Below the pieces are notes generated by a model. The model was not told the origin of the DNA, did not search any database, and saw only the letters and a program-made list of their open reading frames with translations. A stretch of 64,000 nt of DNA from Acidobacteriota bacterium (GTDB lineage Bacteria > Acidobacteriota > UBA6911 > JACQSX01), in assembly GCA_036507075.1 (NCBI GenBank), contig DASXQR010000082.1, forward strand, positions 1 through 64,000, in the 5' to 3' direction. The first letter of the stretch is position 1. Each line of letters starts with the position of its first letter. The translations under genes were made by a program, and so were the position numbers. This document shows positions 9,668-20,010 of the stretch, in pieces.

Positions 9668-11236
9668 ATGAAGAAAAACTTGAAAAATTTAAACTGGCTC
9701 AAGAATCGCTGGGTTGTGTTAACGATTCTTGCAATTCTGGTGGCAGTCCTGCTTTCCATTCTGGGATTGTGGGACAGGAAGGTTCAAGCGGGAGATTACA
9801 TTACGGCCCTCGTCGACCGGGGAACGCTGCGGGTAACCGTCTCGGCGACCGGGACGCTGCAGGCCGTTACCACCGTGCAGGTAGGCTCGCAGGTGTCGGG
9901 AACGGTCGCGTCGCTGGGAGCCGATTTCAATTCGCGCGTGAAAAAGGGACAGGTGATCGCAAGGCTGGATCCCGCCATTTTTCAAAGCCAGGTTGAAAAC
10001 GCGCGCGCCAATGTCACCAATGCCCAGGCTGCCATACAAGCCGCCACCGTGGAGATCGGCAACCAGAGAGCAAATCTTACCGCCGCCAGAGCAAATCAGC
10101 AGGTCGTCAAAATCCAGCGCGACGACGCGGCCGCGCTGGTCAAACGCTACCAGGAATTAAAAGACCTGGTTTCGAGCCGCGATTTGGAAGCGGCCCAAGC
10201 CCAGGCCAACGCTGCAATCGGCCGATACGAACAGGCGGCCGCTCAGGTAGTACAGGCGCAATCCGCGATTGCGACAGCTCAGGCAAAATCCGAACAGACG
10301 AAGGCCTCTCTTGAACAGGCAAAAGCCCAGCTTCAGCAGGCCCTGGTGAACCTCAACCATACGATCATCACATCTCCCATTGAAGGGATCGTGGTCTCGC
10401 GCAATGTCGACATCGGACAGACAGTCGCCGCCAGCCTGCAGGCGCCCACCCTATTTGTCATCGCCGATGACCTGACAAAGATGCAGGTTCTTGCCTCCAT
10501 CGATGAAGCCGATGTGGGGCAGGTTCGCGAGGGAATACGGGCAACTTTCACTGTGGACGCCTTTCCCGGGGAAACTTTCAGCGGCAAAGTGTCGCAAATG
10601 CGGCTGGGAGCGCAGACACTGCAGAATGTTGTCACCTACACAGCCGTCATTGAGGTGGAGAATCCAGAATTGAAGCTGCGCCCGGGGATGACCGCTAACA
10701 TCATTCTGCCCGTGGCGCAGCGTGACAATGTGCTGATGATCCCCAACGCCGCACTGCGGTTCCATCCCACCTTAACCGAAAAGGAAGAAGAGCAACTGCG
10801 TGCCAAGACAGCAGGGGCCGGCCAGGGGACTGCCGGCGAGACGCAACGCGCTCCGGGAAACCAGCAGCAGCGGGAACAGCAGGGAGGTCAGGCAGCGTCT
10901 TCTGCGCGCAGCTCGGGTGACGGCGGCGCGCGCCGCAACCAATCAGCAGACCGCCCCGCCGGGGGCCGCGGGGGGAGGAGCGGCGAACGCCAGAGGCAGA
11001 CAATTTGGGTTCTGGCTCCGGGCGACAAGCTCCAGGCTCGCCTCATTCGGACCGGAATTACCAATGGTCGCAACACGGAAATCCTGTCGGGCGAGCTGCG
11101 TCAGGGTGAGGCAGTCGTGATCGGACAGAACGAAGTCGGCGCGGCGCGCCAGCAGCCGACGGCAAGTCCACTGGGCCAGCGTCCGAGCGGGTTCGGCGGG
11201 TCGGGAGGATTCGGCAGCGGAGGGAGAAGGCAGTAA
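9668..11236 (+). CDS. MacA-like efflux periplasmic adaptor (membrane fusion protein)
   Basis: N-terminal [23 protein letters not shown], coiled coil, [35 protein letters not shown]. Confidence 0.93.
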   Translation: MKKNLKNLNWLKNRWVVLTILAILVAVLLSILGLWDRKVQAGDYITALVDRGTLRVTVSATGTLQAVTTVQVGSQVSGTVASLGADFNSRVKKGQVIARLDPAIFQSQVENARANVTNAQAAIQAATVEIGNQRANLTAARANQQVVKIQRDDAAALVKRYQELKDLVSSRDLEAAQAQANAAIGRYEQAAAQVVQAQSAIATAQAKSEQTKASLEQAKAQLQQALVNLNHTIITSPIEGIVVSRNVDIGQTVAASLQAPTLFVIADDLTKMQVLASIDEADVGQVREGIRATFTVDAFPGETFSGKVSQMRLGAQTLQNVVTYTAVIEVENPELKLRPGMTANIILPVAQRDNVLMIPNAALRFHPTLTEKEEEQLRAKTAGAGQGTAGETQRAPGNQQQREQQGGQAASSARSSGDGGARRNQSADRPAGGRGGRSGERQRQTIWVLAPGDKLQARLIRTGITNGRNTEILSGELRQGEAVVIGQNEVGAARQQPTASPLGQRPSGFGGSGGFGSGGRRQ

Positions 11237-11247
11237 CACGAAATCTC

Positions 11248-12105
11248 ATGGAAGCTAAAAGCGTGTCCTCCGTTGAACGCGTCGACCCGGCAGGCAGCCA
11301 GCAACAGCCGGCGCCTCGAGTCGCCGAAATTGCGGCCGGTTCAGTCGTTAAGCCGCTCATCAGGCTGGATCATGTTCATAAGGTCTACCATATGGGCGAA
11401 ATTGAGATCCACGCGCTCAGAGGCGCCTCGCTGGAGATCCGTCCCGGTGAATTTGTCGCCGTTATGGGTGCGTCCGGTTCCGGCAAATCCACGACCATGA
11501 ACATCATAGGTTGCCTGGATCGACCCACTCGCGGTCACTATTATCTGGACGGCCAGGACGTCTCAAAGCTGTCGCGGGACGAGCTGGCCGACATCCGAAA
11601 CAGCAGAATCGGATTTGTGTTTCAAAATTTTAACCTGCTGTCGCGAACATCTGCGCTCGAAAACGTTGAACTTCCGATGCTCTATCTGGGCACAAAACAC
11701 TCCGAACGCATCCGGCGCGCCACCGAGGCGCTGGATCTTGTCGGTCTGGGCGACCGCATCAATAATATGCCCAATCAGCTCTCCGGAGGCCAGCAGCAGC
11801 GCGTGGCCATCGCGCGTTCTCTGGTGAACCAGCCCGCGATTATTCTGGCAGACGAGCCTACGGGCAACCTGGACAGCCGCACTTCGGTGGAAGTAATGGA
11901 TATTTTCCAGCGCCTGAACAGTGAGCACGGCATAACCATTGCCCTGGTGACGCATGAGCACGACATCGCGCAGTACGCCAAGCGCGTGATCATCTTCAAG
12001 GACGGCCGCATCAAGCAGGATTATCAGGTTAAAGATCACCGTTCGGCGCGTGAAGAGCTCGAACGGCTGCCGCCTCTTGAAGACGACGAAAAGGAGGAGG
12101 AATGA
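11248..12105 (+). CDS. MacB/LolD-like ABC transporter ATP-binding protein
   Basis: [43 protein letters not shown]. Confidence 0.95.
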   Translation: MEAKSVSSVERVDPAGSQQQPAPRVAEIAAGSVVKPLIRLDHVHKVYHMGEIEIHALRGASLEIRPGEFVAVMGASGSGKSTTMNIIGCLDRPTRGHYYLDGQDVSKLSRDELADIRNSRIGFVFQNFNLLSRTSALENVELPMLYLGTKHSERIRRATEALDLVGLGDRINNMPNQLSGGQQQRVAIARSLVNQPAIILADEPTGNLDSRTSVEVMDIFQRLNSEHGITIALVTHEHDIAQYAKRVIIFKDGRIKQDYQVKDHRSAREELERLPPLEDDEKEEE

Positions 12106-13325
12106 ACCTTTGGGTCACTCTTAAGGTGGCGCTGCACGCGCTGGGGCGCAACAAGATGCGTTCCATCCTCACCATGCTCGGCATCATCATAGGAGTGGGA
12201 GCGGTGATTGCCATGGTCAGTATCGGCCAGGGCGCTTCGGCGACTATTCAGTCTCAGATAGCTCAACTCGGCAACAACATGCTGTTTGTCTGGTCCGGCT
12301 CGAGCATGGCCGGCGGGATGCGGAGTGGTGTCGGATCAGCAACCACGCTGACTGCCGATGACGTGGAAGCGATTGAGCGGGAGTGTCCTTCGGTGCGTGC
12401 CGCCAGTCCGAGCGTTCGCGCGGGTGGGCAATTGGTGTTCGGAAATCAAAACTGGTCGGCATCAGGCGGCATCAGCGGCACAAATGAAAAGTTCCCGAGT
12501 ATTCGCGAATGGCACGTGGCTATCGGCCAGTTTTTTACTGAAGGCGATGTGCGAACCGCCTCTCGCGTATGCGTGCTTGGAAAGACAGTCGCCGATAATC
12601 TCTTCGCCGGAACTGATGCGGTGGGTCAAACCCTCAGAATCCGTAATCTACCATTTCGCGTGGTAGGAGTGCTGGTGGCGAAAGGCCAGAGTCAATACGG
12701 GCAGGATCAGGACGATACCGTCATCATTCCCTATACCACGGCGCAAAAGAAATTGCTTCAGGTCACCTACATCCAGAGCGCCATGATTTCGGCTGTTTCC
12801 GCGGCGGCCACTTTCACGGCTCAGCATCAGATCACCGAACTGCTGCGCCAGCGCCATAGACTGGGTCCAAACGAGGAAGACGATTTTCGCATCAGAAACC
12901 TCACCGATGTTGCCGAGGCCGCAGACGCATCGAGCACCATCATGACCAACCTGCTGGCGTCCATCGCCGGCGTGTCTCTGCTGGTGGGCGGCATCGGCAT
13001 CATGAACATCATGCTGGTATCGGTCACCGAGCGAACGCGCGAGATAGGAATCCGCATGGCGATCGGCGCGCGCAGCGGGGTTATTCGGCGGCAATTCCTG
13101 ATCGAATCCATCACGCTGTCGCTGGTGGGCGGGATCATCGGCGTAGGGCTCGGCATACTGGCTTCCGTGGTGATATCGAGGGCCCTTAACTGGCCGACAC
13201 TGATCTCGGCCGTTTCGGTCTTCATTTCCGTCACCTTCTCTTTCCTGGTGGGAGTTGTGTTTGGCTACTACCCCGCTCGCAAAGCCGCGGCGCTTGACCC
13301 GATCGAGGCGCTCCGATATGAATAG
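12102..13325 (+). CDS. MacB/FtsX-like ABC permease
   Basis: [19 protein letters not shown]...[28 protein letters not shown]...[18 protein letters not shown]. Confidence 0.95.
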   Translation: MNLWVTLKVALHALGRNKMRSILTMLGIIIGVGAVIAMVSIGQGASATIQSQIAQLGNNMLFVWSGSSMAGGMRSGVGSATTLTADDVEAIERECPSVRAASPSVRAGGQLVFGNQNWSASGGISGTNEKFPSIREWHVAIGQFFTEGDVRTASRVCVLGKTVADNLFAGTDAVGQTLRIRNLPFRVVGVLVAKGQSQYGQDQDDTVIIPYTTAQKKLLQVTYIQSAMISAVSAAATFTAQHQITELLRQRHRLGPNEEDDFRIRNLTDVAEAADASSTIMTNLLASIAGVSLLVGGIGIMNIMLVSVTERTREIGIRMAIGARSGVIRRQFLIESITLSLVGGIIGVGLGILASVVISRALNWPTLISAVSVFISVTFSFLVGVVFGYYPARKAAALDPIEALRYE

Positions 13326-13545
13326 GTCGAAAGTCGAAGGTCAAAGGTCAAAGGTCAAAGGTCAAAGGTCGAAAGCGAAAGTCGAAGGTCAAACGTCGAA
13401 AGTCGAAAGCTTAGAGGTCCAATGTCAAACGTCGAAGTCAGACCCCTGGAACCAAACTCAGGCCTTCGACGTTCGACCTTCGACTTTTGACCTTCGACTT
13501 TTGACTTTCGACTTTTGACTTTCGACTTTTAACTTTCGACTTTTT
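13325..13545. repeat. 7-bp tandem array followed by its reverse complement (GGTCGAA/GGTCAAA ... TTCGACT/TTTGACT)
   Basis: Visible heptamer arrays in inverted orientation flanking a short spacer. Confidence 0.85.
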
Positions 13546-13551
13546 TAAATT

Positions 13552-14727
13552 ATGAAGTTTTCACTTTTGAGAAGTTGGACTTTCCTGCTGGTGCTGGCCG
13601 TGCTGGCTGCCGTAAGCTGGGCTCCCGCACCTGCGATTCCCCAGGCGAGCCGCGAGCTTCAGACGACCGACAGTCTCCCGGCGGCGGAGTTTTCACGGCT
13701 GGTCAGAGACCTGTCTGAAGAGGACGGGTATTTTCGTTCCGACAACTTTACGTCCAACGAAACTTCGTATCTACATGTTGTCGACAGGCTGCACGAGATG
13801 CGGATCTCGGGAGGCGCCTACATCGGGGTCGGACCCGAACAGAATTTCACCTACATCGCAAAGATCCGCCCACGAATCGCCTTCATTGTCGATATCCGGC
13901 GGCAGGCCATGCTGCAGCATCTTCTTTACAAAGCGCTGTTTCACATTTCAGAGAGCCGCGCTGATTTTCTCTCGGCGTTGCTGTGCCGGCCACTTGCAGG
14001 AGACGGTGCTCCCGCCAGAGATGCTTCCATCGAACGCCTCTTGGAATACTTCGGTTCAGGACCGGCGCGCGAGGAAGTGTTTTCCGCAAATCTTGTCAGG
14101 GTTCGAAAGATTATCCGGGATGATTTTCAGTTGCCTCTGTCCGAGCAAGACGAGGAGCGGCTAAAGTACGTCTATTCGGCTTTCCACAAGCAAGGTCTCG
14201 AAATTGCGTTTCGCATCGACGGAGCAAACTGGGCAAGCGATATCCGGCGGTTTCCCACGCTGAAGGATCTCATCCTGCAGCCCGACTTGAATGGAAAGCT
14301 AGGGAACTTTCTGGCCGGCGAAGATGATTACCGGTTTGTCCGCAGCCTTCACCTGCGAAACCGAATCATTCCTGTTGTCGGAGACTTCGCAGGTCCCAGG
14401 GCCCTGGCGTCCGTGGGCGGTTACCTCCGGACAAACGGCTACACCGTCCGCGCATTTTACACTTCCAACGTGGAGCAGTTCCTGTTCGATAACGGAGTCT
14501 TTCGAGGCTTTGTCGACAACGTACGAAAGCTGCCCATCGACGAAAACAGCGTCTTCATCCGGGCGGTCGCAACGAGGGGACAGCCTCATCCCGCCTATGT
14601 TCCCGGCCACCGTACCACCACAATACTGCAAAGGATTGTCCTGTTCCTGAAGGATTACGATGAGGGCGCCTATACCGATTACCGTGGTCTTGTGACAAAG
14701 CACTTCATCGCCGGCCAGCAGCCTTAG
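13552..14727 (+). CDS. secreted hypothetical protein
   Basis: 391 aa with signal peptide; motifs SEEDGYFRSDNFTSNE, YIGVGPEQNFTYI, FYTSNVEQFL. Confidence 0.85.
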   Translation: MKFSLLRSWTFLLVLAVLAAVSWAPAPAIPQASRELQTTDSLPAAEFSRLVRDLSEEDGYFRSDNFTSNETSYLHVVDRLHEMRISGGAYIGVGPEQNFTYIAKIRPRIAFIVDIRRQAMLQHLLYKALFHISESRADFLSALLCRPLAGDGAPARDASIERLLEYFGSGPAREEVFSANLVRVRKIIRDDFQLPLSEQDEERLKYVYSAFHKQGLEIAFRIDGANWASDIRRFPTLKDLILQPDLNGKLGNFLAGEDDYRFVRSLHLRNRIIPVVGDFAGPRALASVGGYLRTNGYTVRAFYTSNVEQFLFDNGVFRGFVDNVRKLPIDENSVFIRAVATRGQPHPAYVPGHRTTTILQRIVLFLKDYDEGAYTDYRGLVTKHFIAGQQP

Positions 14728-14838
14728 TTGGGATGGAGGGATGGAGGGATGGAGAGATGAAGTAGGAGAAATAAGAGTCAGTTTCACTCCTCTCAATCCC
14801 TCCCTCCCTCCGTCCCTCAATCCCTCCATCCCTCCATC
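14728..14838. repeat. 8-bp tandem inverted array (GGGATGGA / TCCCTCCA)
   Basis: Lies between convergent genes; purine arm and complementary pyrimidine arm. Confidence 0.75.
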
Positions 14839-14847
14839 GGGTCGAGA

Positions 14848-15243
14848 CTACGATTCCGGCTTGTTGCCTTTTACCAGGTCGGCAATCATTTCCCCGAGCT
14901 GCTCCATGTCGAGCGGCTTATCCAGCACAGCGTCAAAAACATTGGTGTCCTCGCGAACGCCGACTCTGATCATGCCGGTGATTGCCACTATCGGCACTGT
15001 CTTTAACGCACTCGACTCATCGTTCCTCACGTGCCGAAGCAGGTCATAACCGCTTTCTCCCGGGAAGGCTATATCGGTGACGATTATGTCGGGTTTGCTT
15101 ATGGCGAGAATCCGGATAGTGTCTTTGATCGTGGCCGAGGCAGTAACCTGTGCTCCCAGCACCTCCATGGCCGTAGCATAAAGTTCTCTCTCATCATCAC
15201 GGTCCTCGACCAGCAATATGCTGATCCCGGTGAGGTCTGCCAT
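14848..15243 (-). CDS. single-domain response regulator receiver protein
   Basis: ILLVEDRDD, PDIIVTDIAFPGESG, IVAITG, KP. Confidence 0.9.
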   Translation of the reverse strand: MADLTGISILLVEDRDDERELYATAMEVLGAQVTASATIKDTIRILAISKPDIIVTDIAFPGESGYDLLRHVRNDESSALKTVPIVAITGMIRVGVREDTNVFDAVLDKPLDMEQLGEMIADLVKGNKPES

Positions 15244-15307
15244 AATTTGTGCCTCAGCAGACTAATACCATCAAAACGGGAACTGTCAAACGGCGCGGCC
15301 GGTTTCA

Positions 15308-15412
15308 AATGCGGATTTTGGAATGCGGATTGCGGAATAGAAGAGCACCTGCACTTCAAACACCCTAATTTGAAAATATTCCGCATTCCGCATTCTACAT
15401 TCCGAATTGCAA
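15308..15412. repeat. 7-bp tandem inverted array (ATGCGGA / TCCGCAT)
   Basis: Same family as 52110-52290. Confidence 0.7.
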
Positions 15413-15438
15413 TCTAGGCAGGCGGGATTTTCGAATTA

Positions 15439-17061
15439 CTACCGCGTTCCTACTTTCACGCCGATAACTTCACCTGACAAGATCAGCTCCACGCGTCGAT
15501 TGAGCTGCCTTCCGGCAGCCGTATCGTTGGACGCCACGGGCATCGTCTTTCCAAAGCCACGCGCCGTGATGGAGTCCGGCGGAACCCCTTGCGCAATCAA
15601 GTAGTCACGCACCGATGCTGCGCGTTTTTCCGAAAGCCGCTGGTTGAATTCATCGCCTCCCACGCTATCGGTGTGGCCTTCCACTTCCAGCTTCAAGCCG
15701 GGATGCGCAAGGATGATTCCGGAAATTTTGGCCAGCTTTTCCCGGGTGACGGGCTTGAGAGTGTAACGGCCGGTGTCGAAGAGAACGTCGGCCATATTGA
15801 CGATTAACCCCCGCGCCGTGTCGCGCGTCTCCAGAATCAGATTCAACTGCCTTAGCAGTTGAGCTCGCAGTTCAGTCTTTTCGTTCTCCGCTCTTTGGCG
15901 CAGCCGATCCGATTCCTCCGCCTGCTGGCGAGCCTTTTCCGCTTCAGCCTGCGCAACCTGCTGCTTTGCTACTGCGGCGGCCTGCTCGGCCTCGGCGCGG
16001 GCGCGGCGCTCCGATTCGACGCGCTGCTCGGCTTCAGCCCTGGCGCGGCGCTCTGACTCGATGCGCTGTTCGACCTCGGCGCGGGCGCGGCGCTCCGCTT
16101 CCGCCCGCTGTTCGGTTTCGGCCTTTTCCCTGCGCCGGGATTGATCTTCAGCGGCGGCGCGGGCGCTCGCTTCGCGTTGCTCGGCGGCACGACGCTCGTT
16201 GGCCTGACGCTCCTCTTCCATGCGTTTCAGGGAAATGATGCGCGCGTCTTCTGCTGTTTGGGCGGCTTCGCGTGCCGTCATGGCAACAGGCTTCTTTCCG
16301 GCTTTTCGCTCCTGGTAATTCTCCGCCTGCCGCAGGAGCTGCTCAGCCTTCTGGAAAGTTTCTGTCGCGTACCGGTCGGCGGCAGCCCAGCGCGCGATAC
16401 GCACGGCATTGCGCGCTTCGTACAGCTCCAGCGGGGCGCGCAGGTCCACGCTCATCGGCTTTAGCTCCACCGGATTCACGTTGACCGTGTACTGCCCTCT
16501 CTGCAGGAGATCGTATTTAGCTTCGACTTCCTCCACTTTTCCCACCGTGTCCTTGCGCACCACGTTTTCCAGCACCACCACATCGCTCGGCTGTGTGACG
16601 GCAAAGTAAGGTTCCGCCGTGAGAATCAAACTGAATGCCTGCAGCTCGGTAGTGACATTGATGTGGCTTTTATCGCGATCCAGCAGAATTTCGCCCAGGT
16701 TGGTCGCCCGTCCTTCCGGAGTGACGGCCCACAGTACGTACGTCAGATATTCGGGACCGAATCGGGAAGCAGGCTCGAGTTTGTCAAATTCGGCCCTGAT
16801 TTCAATTCTGCCCTGCTTGCTTTCCACCTCGGCTTCACCCCGGCCCTGCGGAAGCAGCGGTGTTCCCCGAAAGTCGATCTTGGTGGATCCGCTGCGGTGG
16901 CGGTAATTGATGGCTTTGGTGGTACGCGCCACCACAGTGACGCGATACACAGGAACCGAATCCGACTTCTGCGGGTGCGCGGAAATCTGCACGCCACAGA
17001 AAAGGATCCAGATCCAAAGATACTGCATCCATTTCCCGGTTACCGATGTTGTTCTTTTCAT
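15439..17061 (-). CDS. OmpA-family peptidoglycan-binding protein with long coiled coil (DUF4398-like)
   Basis: C-terminal DVLFDTG..L, LEVEGHTDSVGGDEFNQRLSEKRAASV, GFGKTMPVASND..GRQLNRRVE; three 14-aa EQRxExERRARAE repeats; start uncertain. Confidence 0.92.
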   Translation of the reverse strand: MKRTTSVTGKWMQYLWIWILFCGVQISAHPQKSDSVPVYRVTVVARTTKAINYRHRSGSTKIDFRGTPLLPQGRGEAEVESKQGRIEIRAEFDKLEPASRFGPEYLTYVLWAVTPEGRATNLGEILLDRDKSHINVTTELQAFSLILTAEPYFAVTQPSDVVVLENVVRKDTVGKVEEVEAKYDLLQRGQYTVNVNPVELKPMSVDLRAPLELYEARNAVRIARWAAADRYATETFQKAEQLLRQAENYQERKAGKKPVAMTAREAAQTAEDARIISLKRMEEERQANERRAAEQREASARAAAEDQSRRREKAETEQRAEAERRARAEVEQRIESERRARAEAEQRVESERRARAEAEQAAAVAKQQVAQAEAEKARQQAEESDRLRQRAENEKTELRAQLLRQLNLILETRDTARGLIVNMADVLFDTGRYTLKPVTREKLAKISGIILAHPGLKLEVEGHTDSVGGDEFNQRLSEKRAASVRDYLIAQGVPPDSITARGFGKTMPVASNDTAAGRQLNRRVELILSGEVIGVKVGTR

Positions 17062-17216
17062 AGGCCTTTCCTCGACTCCTGCAGCCAGCGCCAGAGTCAA
17101 CGCGAACCGTACTCGACTATTGTAGGTTCATTAAGGACCCGAGCCAAGCTTTTGGGATAGGGGTCTGTCCCCATTTTGACTGTTCTGGTATTCTTACCAC
17201 TTGCAATTGGCAGTGT

Positions 17217-17290
17217 GGTGAGCGTAGCTCAGCTGGCAGAGCACCAGGTTGTGGCCCTGGGGGTCGCGGGTTCGAACCCCGTCGCTCACC
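17217..17290 (+). tRNA. tRNA-His(GTG)
   Basis: G-1 plus GTGAGCG/CGCTCAC acceptor, CCAGG-TTGTGGC-CCTGG anticodon arm, GGTTCGAACCC T-arm; CCA not encoded. Confidence 0.95.
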
Positions 17291-17332
17291 CGTTCAAGTT
17301 ACAAGTTAACAGGAGCAAGAATTACCGGTAAG

Positions 17333-17483
17333 GTTTCGGGTTACGGGTTTTCGAGTTGCGGGCTACGAGTTGCGGGGATTGTTCATGGCTTGGTGTCTTG
17401 GTGGTTCATGAGTTTTTTCACCACCAAGGCACCAAGCCGGTCCAAATCGCCAACCTGAAACCCGCAACTCGAAAACCCGTAAC
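17333..17483. repeat. nested inverted repeats (GGGTTAC/GAGTTGC heptamers around a CTTGGTGTCTTGGTGG / CCACCAAGGCACCAAG pair)
   Basis: Two repeat families nested between tRNA genes. Confidence 0.7.
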
Positions 17484-17497
17484 TTGTCGCTTTAGTT

Positions 17498-17574
<77 letters not shown>

Positions 17575-17661
17575 ACCTCTTCGGATTGCAGATTTACGAA
17601 TTCAAAACCTGGCGGCGAGACTGATTTTGAATTCGCTGATTCGGAACTCCGGCAGCGGCCA

Positions 17662-17702
17662 TAAAAAAAGGGGATTCATCTCCCTGGACGATGAATCCCC
17701 TT
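17662..17702 (-). terminator. intrinsic terminator (minus strand; possibly bidirectional)
   Basis: 13-bp stem AAGGGGATTCATC/GATGAATCCCCTT running into a T7 tract on the minus strand. Confidence 0.8.
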
Positions 17703-17846
17703 CTATCAGGAACCGTTAGGTTCCTTATTCAATATCTTCTTCTTCCTCCCGAGATTCTCGACTCTGATCTTGAGATGTACCTGTACTGCCGCTCTTCACA
17801 AAACATGGAGACGATCACAAGCCACTACTTTCTGATCGGCCCTCTA
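17662..17846 (-). ncRNA. candidate ~185-nt small transcript (sRNA, or mRNA for a 25-aa Arg-rich peptide at 17729-17806)
   Basis: Bounded by a near-consensus promoter and an intrinsic terminator with no long ORF between. Confidence 0.5.
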
Positions 17847-17851
17847 TTTTC

Positions 17852-17879
17852 ATGGTAGCAAGGGTCTGGACTCTGTCAA
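17852..17879 (-). promoter_or_regulatory. sigma70-type promoter
   Basis: TTGACA-16nt-TACCAT with an extended -10 TG. Confidence 0.65.
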
Positions 17880-17987
17880 CCTCCGGCGGGCTTCGAATTG
17901 AAGTGGCGAAAACGCAGGGTTTCTGGTTATATGGAAGGCTGTTCAGTCCGGGGATGTTCCGTCCAAGGCGAAACCCGCCTCGTCAGT

Positions 17988-18065
17988 GCGCCTGTAGCTC
18001 AGTCTGGATAGAGCGTTCGCCTCCGGAGCGAAAGGTCAGAGGTTCGAATCCTCTCAGGCGTACCA
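17988..18065 (+). tRNA. tRNA-Arg(CCG)
   Basis: GCGCCTG/CAGGCGT acceptor, TTCGC-CTCCGGA-GCGAA, GGTTCGAATCC, encoded CCA. Confidence 0.95.
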
Positions 18066-18137
18066 TTCAAGTGGCAAGTTATCAGAGGCAGGAGTTACCT
18101 GTTGGTTGATGCTGTATCTCCGGCAAGTTATCAGGGG

Positions 18138-19214
18138 CTAACCGAGGGGAATGGGTTTGCCGGAATTGGGATTGAATTCCTTATCATCCAGACCGAGTAA
18201 CGTCAGCAGCGTAGCGGCCACCTGGTTCTGATATATCGTTCCGGAATCAGAAACCTCGCCCCGTGCTTGGGTACCAGGAGTAATCACGGCAAGCCAGATC
18301 TCATTCGCTCCCGGAACCTTAGCCCCATGATCGGTCCAGTCCGCCGACGTGGCTCCGCGTCCATGATCCGACGTAATGATTAAAGCAGTCTTGTCGCGAT
18401 AGTTGTCCATCAACTGGATCGCCGTCCACAATTCTCGCAAGGTATCGTCGAACAGTTTGATCGACTGGAGAACTCGATCATAACGGCGGTCATGCGCCCA
18501 ATCATCCGTTTCTCCCATGGCAAGATAGAGCAGGCGCGGCCGATAAGCACCCAGGTACTCAAGCGCCAGCCCCGCAGTTACGGCGTCATGGCGCACCGTG
18601 TCCCACGCCGTGCGCGCCTTTTGCTGGAAGCTGCTCAACGTGTCCATCAGCGGCGTCGCCATCTGATGAGGGAACGCCTCGTAGCCTGAGTTGCAGAAAA
18701 TGGCGCCCGGTTTATGCGCGGTGATATGACGGAAGAAACTCCAGGAGCCGAATGCCACCACCTGCATGGCGCTCAGGTTCAATTTCCGGCGAACGAACTC
18801 CAGCACCGTCTCACGTGGGCTTGGCACTGCCTTGTTTCCCGTAATGGAAGGCTGCGCCTGGCCGGTAAGGATCTCGGCGTAGCCGGGATAAGAGACACGG
18901 TAGGCATTACTCACGTCTACTCGGCTTCCCAGCTTTCTGTTTCCAAAAACCGCGCCGCGAGAGGCCAGACTTTCCCAGAAGAAAGGCAGCAGCACATTAC
19001 GGCGCTCCTCGGCTGTGGGGCGCCAGAACTGATCGCGCAAAAGATCGGGACTTTCAATACCCGATTTTTTGTCCCGCAGCAGGTCGTCAGCAGCGCCCGC
19101 AAAAAATTCTTGATGACGCAGGCCGTCAGCAGTGATCAGAACCGCATTTTCAATGCGCCCGGACAGATTGGGGTTCTGCATAAGAGCCTTTTTCCTAGGG
19201 CTATTGGAACGCAT
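18138..19214 (-). CDS. alkaline phosphatase superfamily protein (phosphoglyceromutase/metalloenzyme-like)
   Basis: VLITADGLRHQE, SYPGYAEILTG, GETDDWAH, IITSDHGRG..WTDHG; start may be 19181. Confidence 0.88.
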   Translation of the reverse strand: MRSNSPRKKALMQNPNLSGRIENAVLITADGLRHQEFFAGAADDLLRDKKSGIESPDLLRDQFWRPTAEERRNVLLPFFWESLASRGAVFGNRKLGSRVDVSNAYRVSYPGYAEILTGQAQPSITGNKAVPSPRETVLEFVRRKLNLSAMQVVAFGSWSFFRHITAHKPGAIFCNSGYEAFPHQMATPLMDTLSSFQQKARTAWDTVRHDAVTAGLALEYLGAYRPRLLYLAMGETDDWAHDRRYDRVLQSIKLFDDTLRELWTAIQLMDNYRDKTALIITSDHGRGATSADWTDHGAKVPGANEIWLAVITPGTQARGEVSDSGTIYQNQVAATLLTLLGLDDKEFNPNSGKPIPLG

Positions 19215-19316
19215 GTATATAATCGTCGTCTGACTTCAGACCCGCAACCTGAATTTTGTTCATCAAAGGTGTAAAGGAGTTCACCACAGAGGCACAGCCC
19301 GGCAAAGCCGCAACGA

Positions 19317-19427
19317 CAGCCGAACCGCGCGCGTCAGCAAGCGGACCCTCGATGTGACGAATATTGACCGCCGATTCACTGATTCAAGACTGGCACGCTG
19401 GAGGGTCCGCACGCGCGCGGCTCGGCT
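19317..19427. repeat. REP-like inverted repeat
   Basis: CAGCCGAACCGCGCGCGT..GCGGACCCTC ... GAGGGTCCGC.ACGCGCGCGGCTCGGCTG. Confidence 0.7.
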
Positions 19428-19442
19428 GCGGATATACGACCT

Positions 19443-19898
19443 ATGTTAACCATTGAGAGCCTCTCGAAGCTAGGCGACTACCTGGATCAGGAAGTGGCAG
19501 TCAGTGACTGGATCGACGTGAGCCAGGAGCAGATCAACCAATTCGCCCGCGCCACGGGCGACGATCAGTGGATTCACACCGATCCGAAACGCGCTGCCTC
19601 GGAATCTCCATTCGGAACAACGATAGCCCACGGCTTTCTTACGCTTTCGCTTTTGACCGAACTTGCAAAAAACGCGTTGTGGATCGAGGGTGTGCGCATG
19701 GGGATCAATTACGGTTTGAACCGGGTTCGATTCATAGCGCCGGTCCGCGCTGGATCCCGCATGCGCGGCCGGTTTTCCCTGGGCGCTGTTGAAGACGTCA
19801 AGGGCGGAGTGCAGGCTACCTGGGACGTGACTGTCGAAGTGGAAGGAAGCAAACGGCCCTGCTGTGTGGTTCAATGGCTGGTGCGCTATTATCAGTGA
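19443..19898 (+). CDS. MaoC-family (hot-dog fold) dehydratase
   Basis: INQFARATGDDQWIHTDP..A...PFGTTIAHGFLTLSL, NYGLNRVRF. Confidence 0.93.
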   Translation: MLTIESLSKLGDYLDQEVAVSDWIDVSQEQINQFARATGDDQWIHTDPKRAASESPFGTTIAHGFLTLSLLTELAKNALWIEGVRMGINYGLNRVRFIAPVRAGSRMRGRFSLGAVEDVKGGVQATWDVTVEVEGSKRPCCVVQWLVRYYQ

Positions 19899-20010
19899 GG
19901 TGCGGAGCGGCTCGTCGGTCATTGGTCATTTGAAATGTTTTCGATGTTTGTGCATTTATTATTGGCGGGCAAAACCGTGCCCGACTCACTGCTCGACAAG
20001 GAGGTACTAA

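Noticed and set aside
13255..13518. ORF with RSKVEGQ repeats
   Set aside because: Translation of the non-coding heptamer array
17662..17846. 6S RNA
   Set aside because: The size fits, but I could not find the long 5'/3' complementary rod with a central bubble
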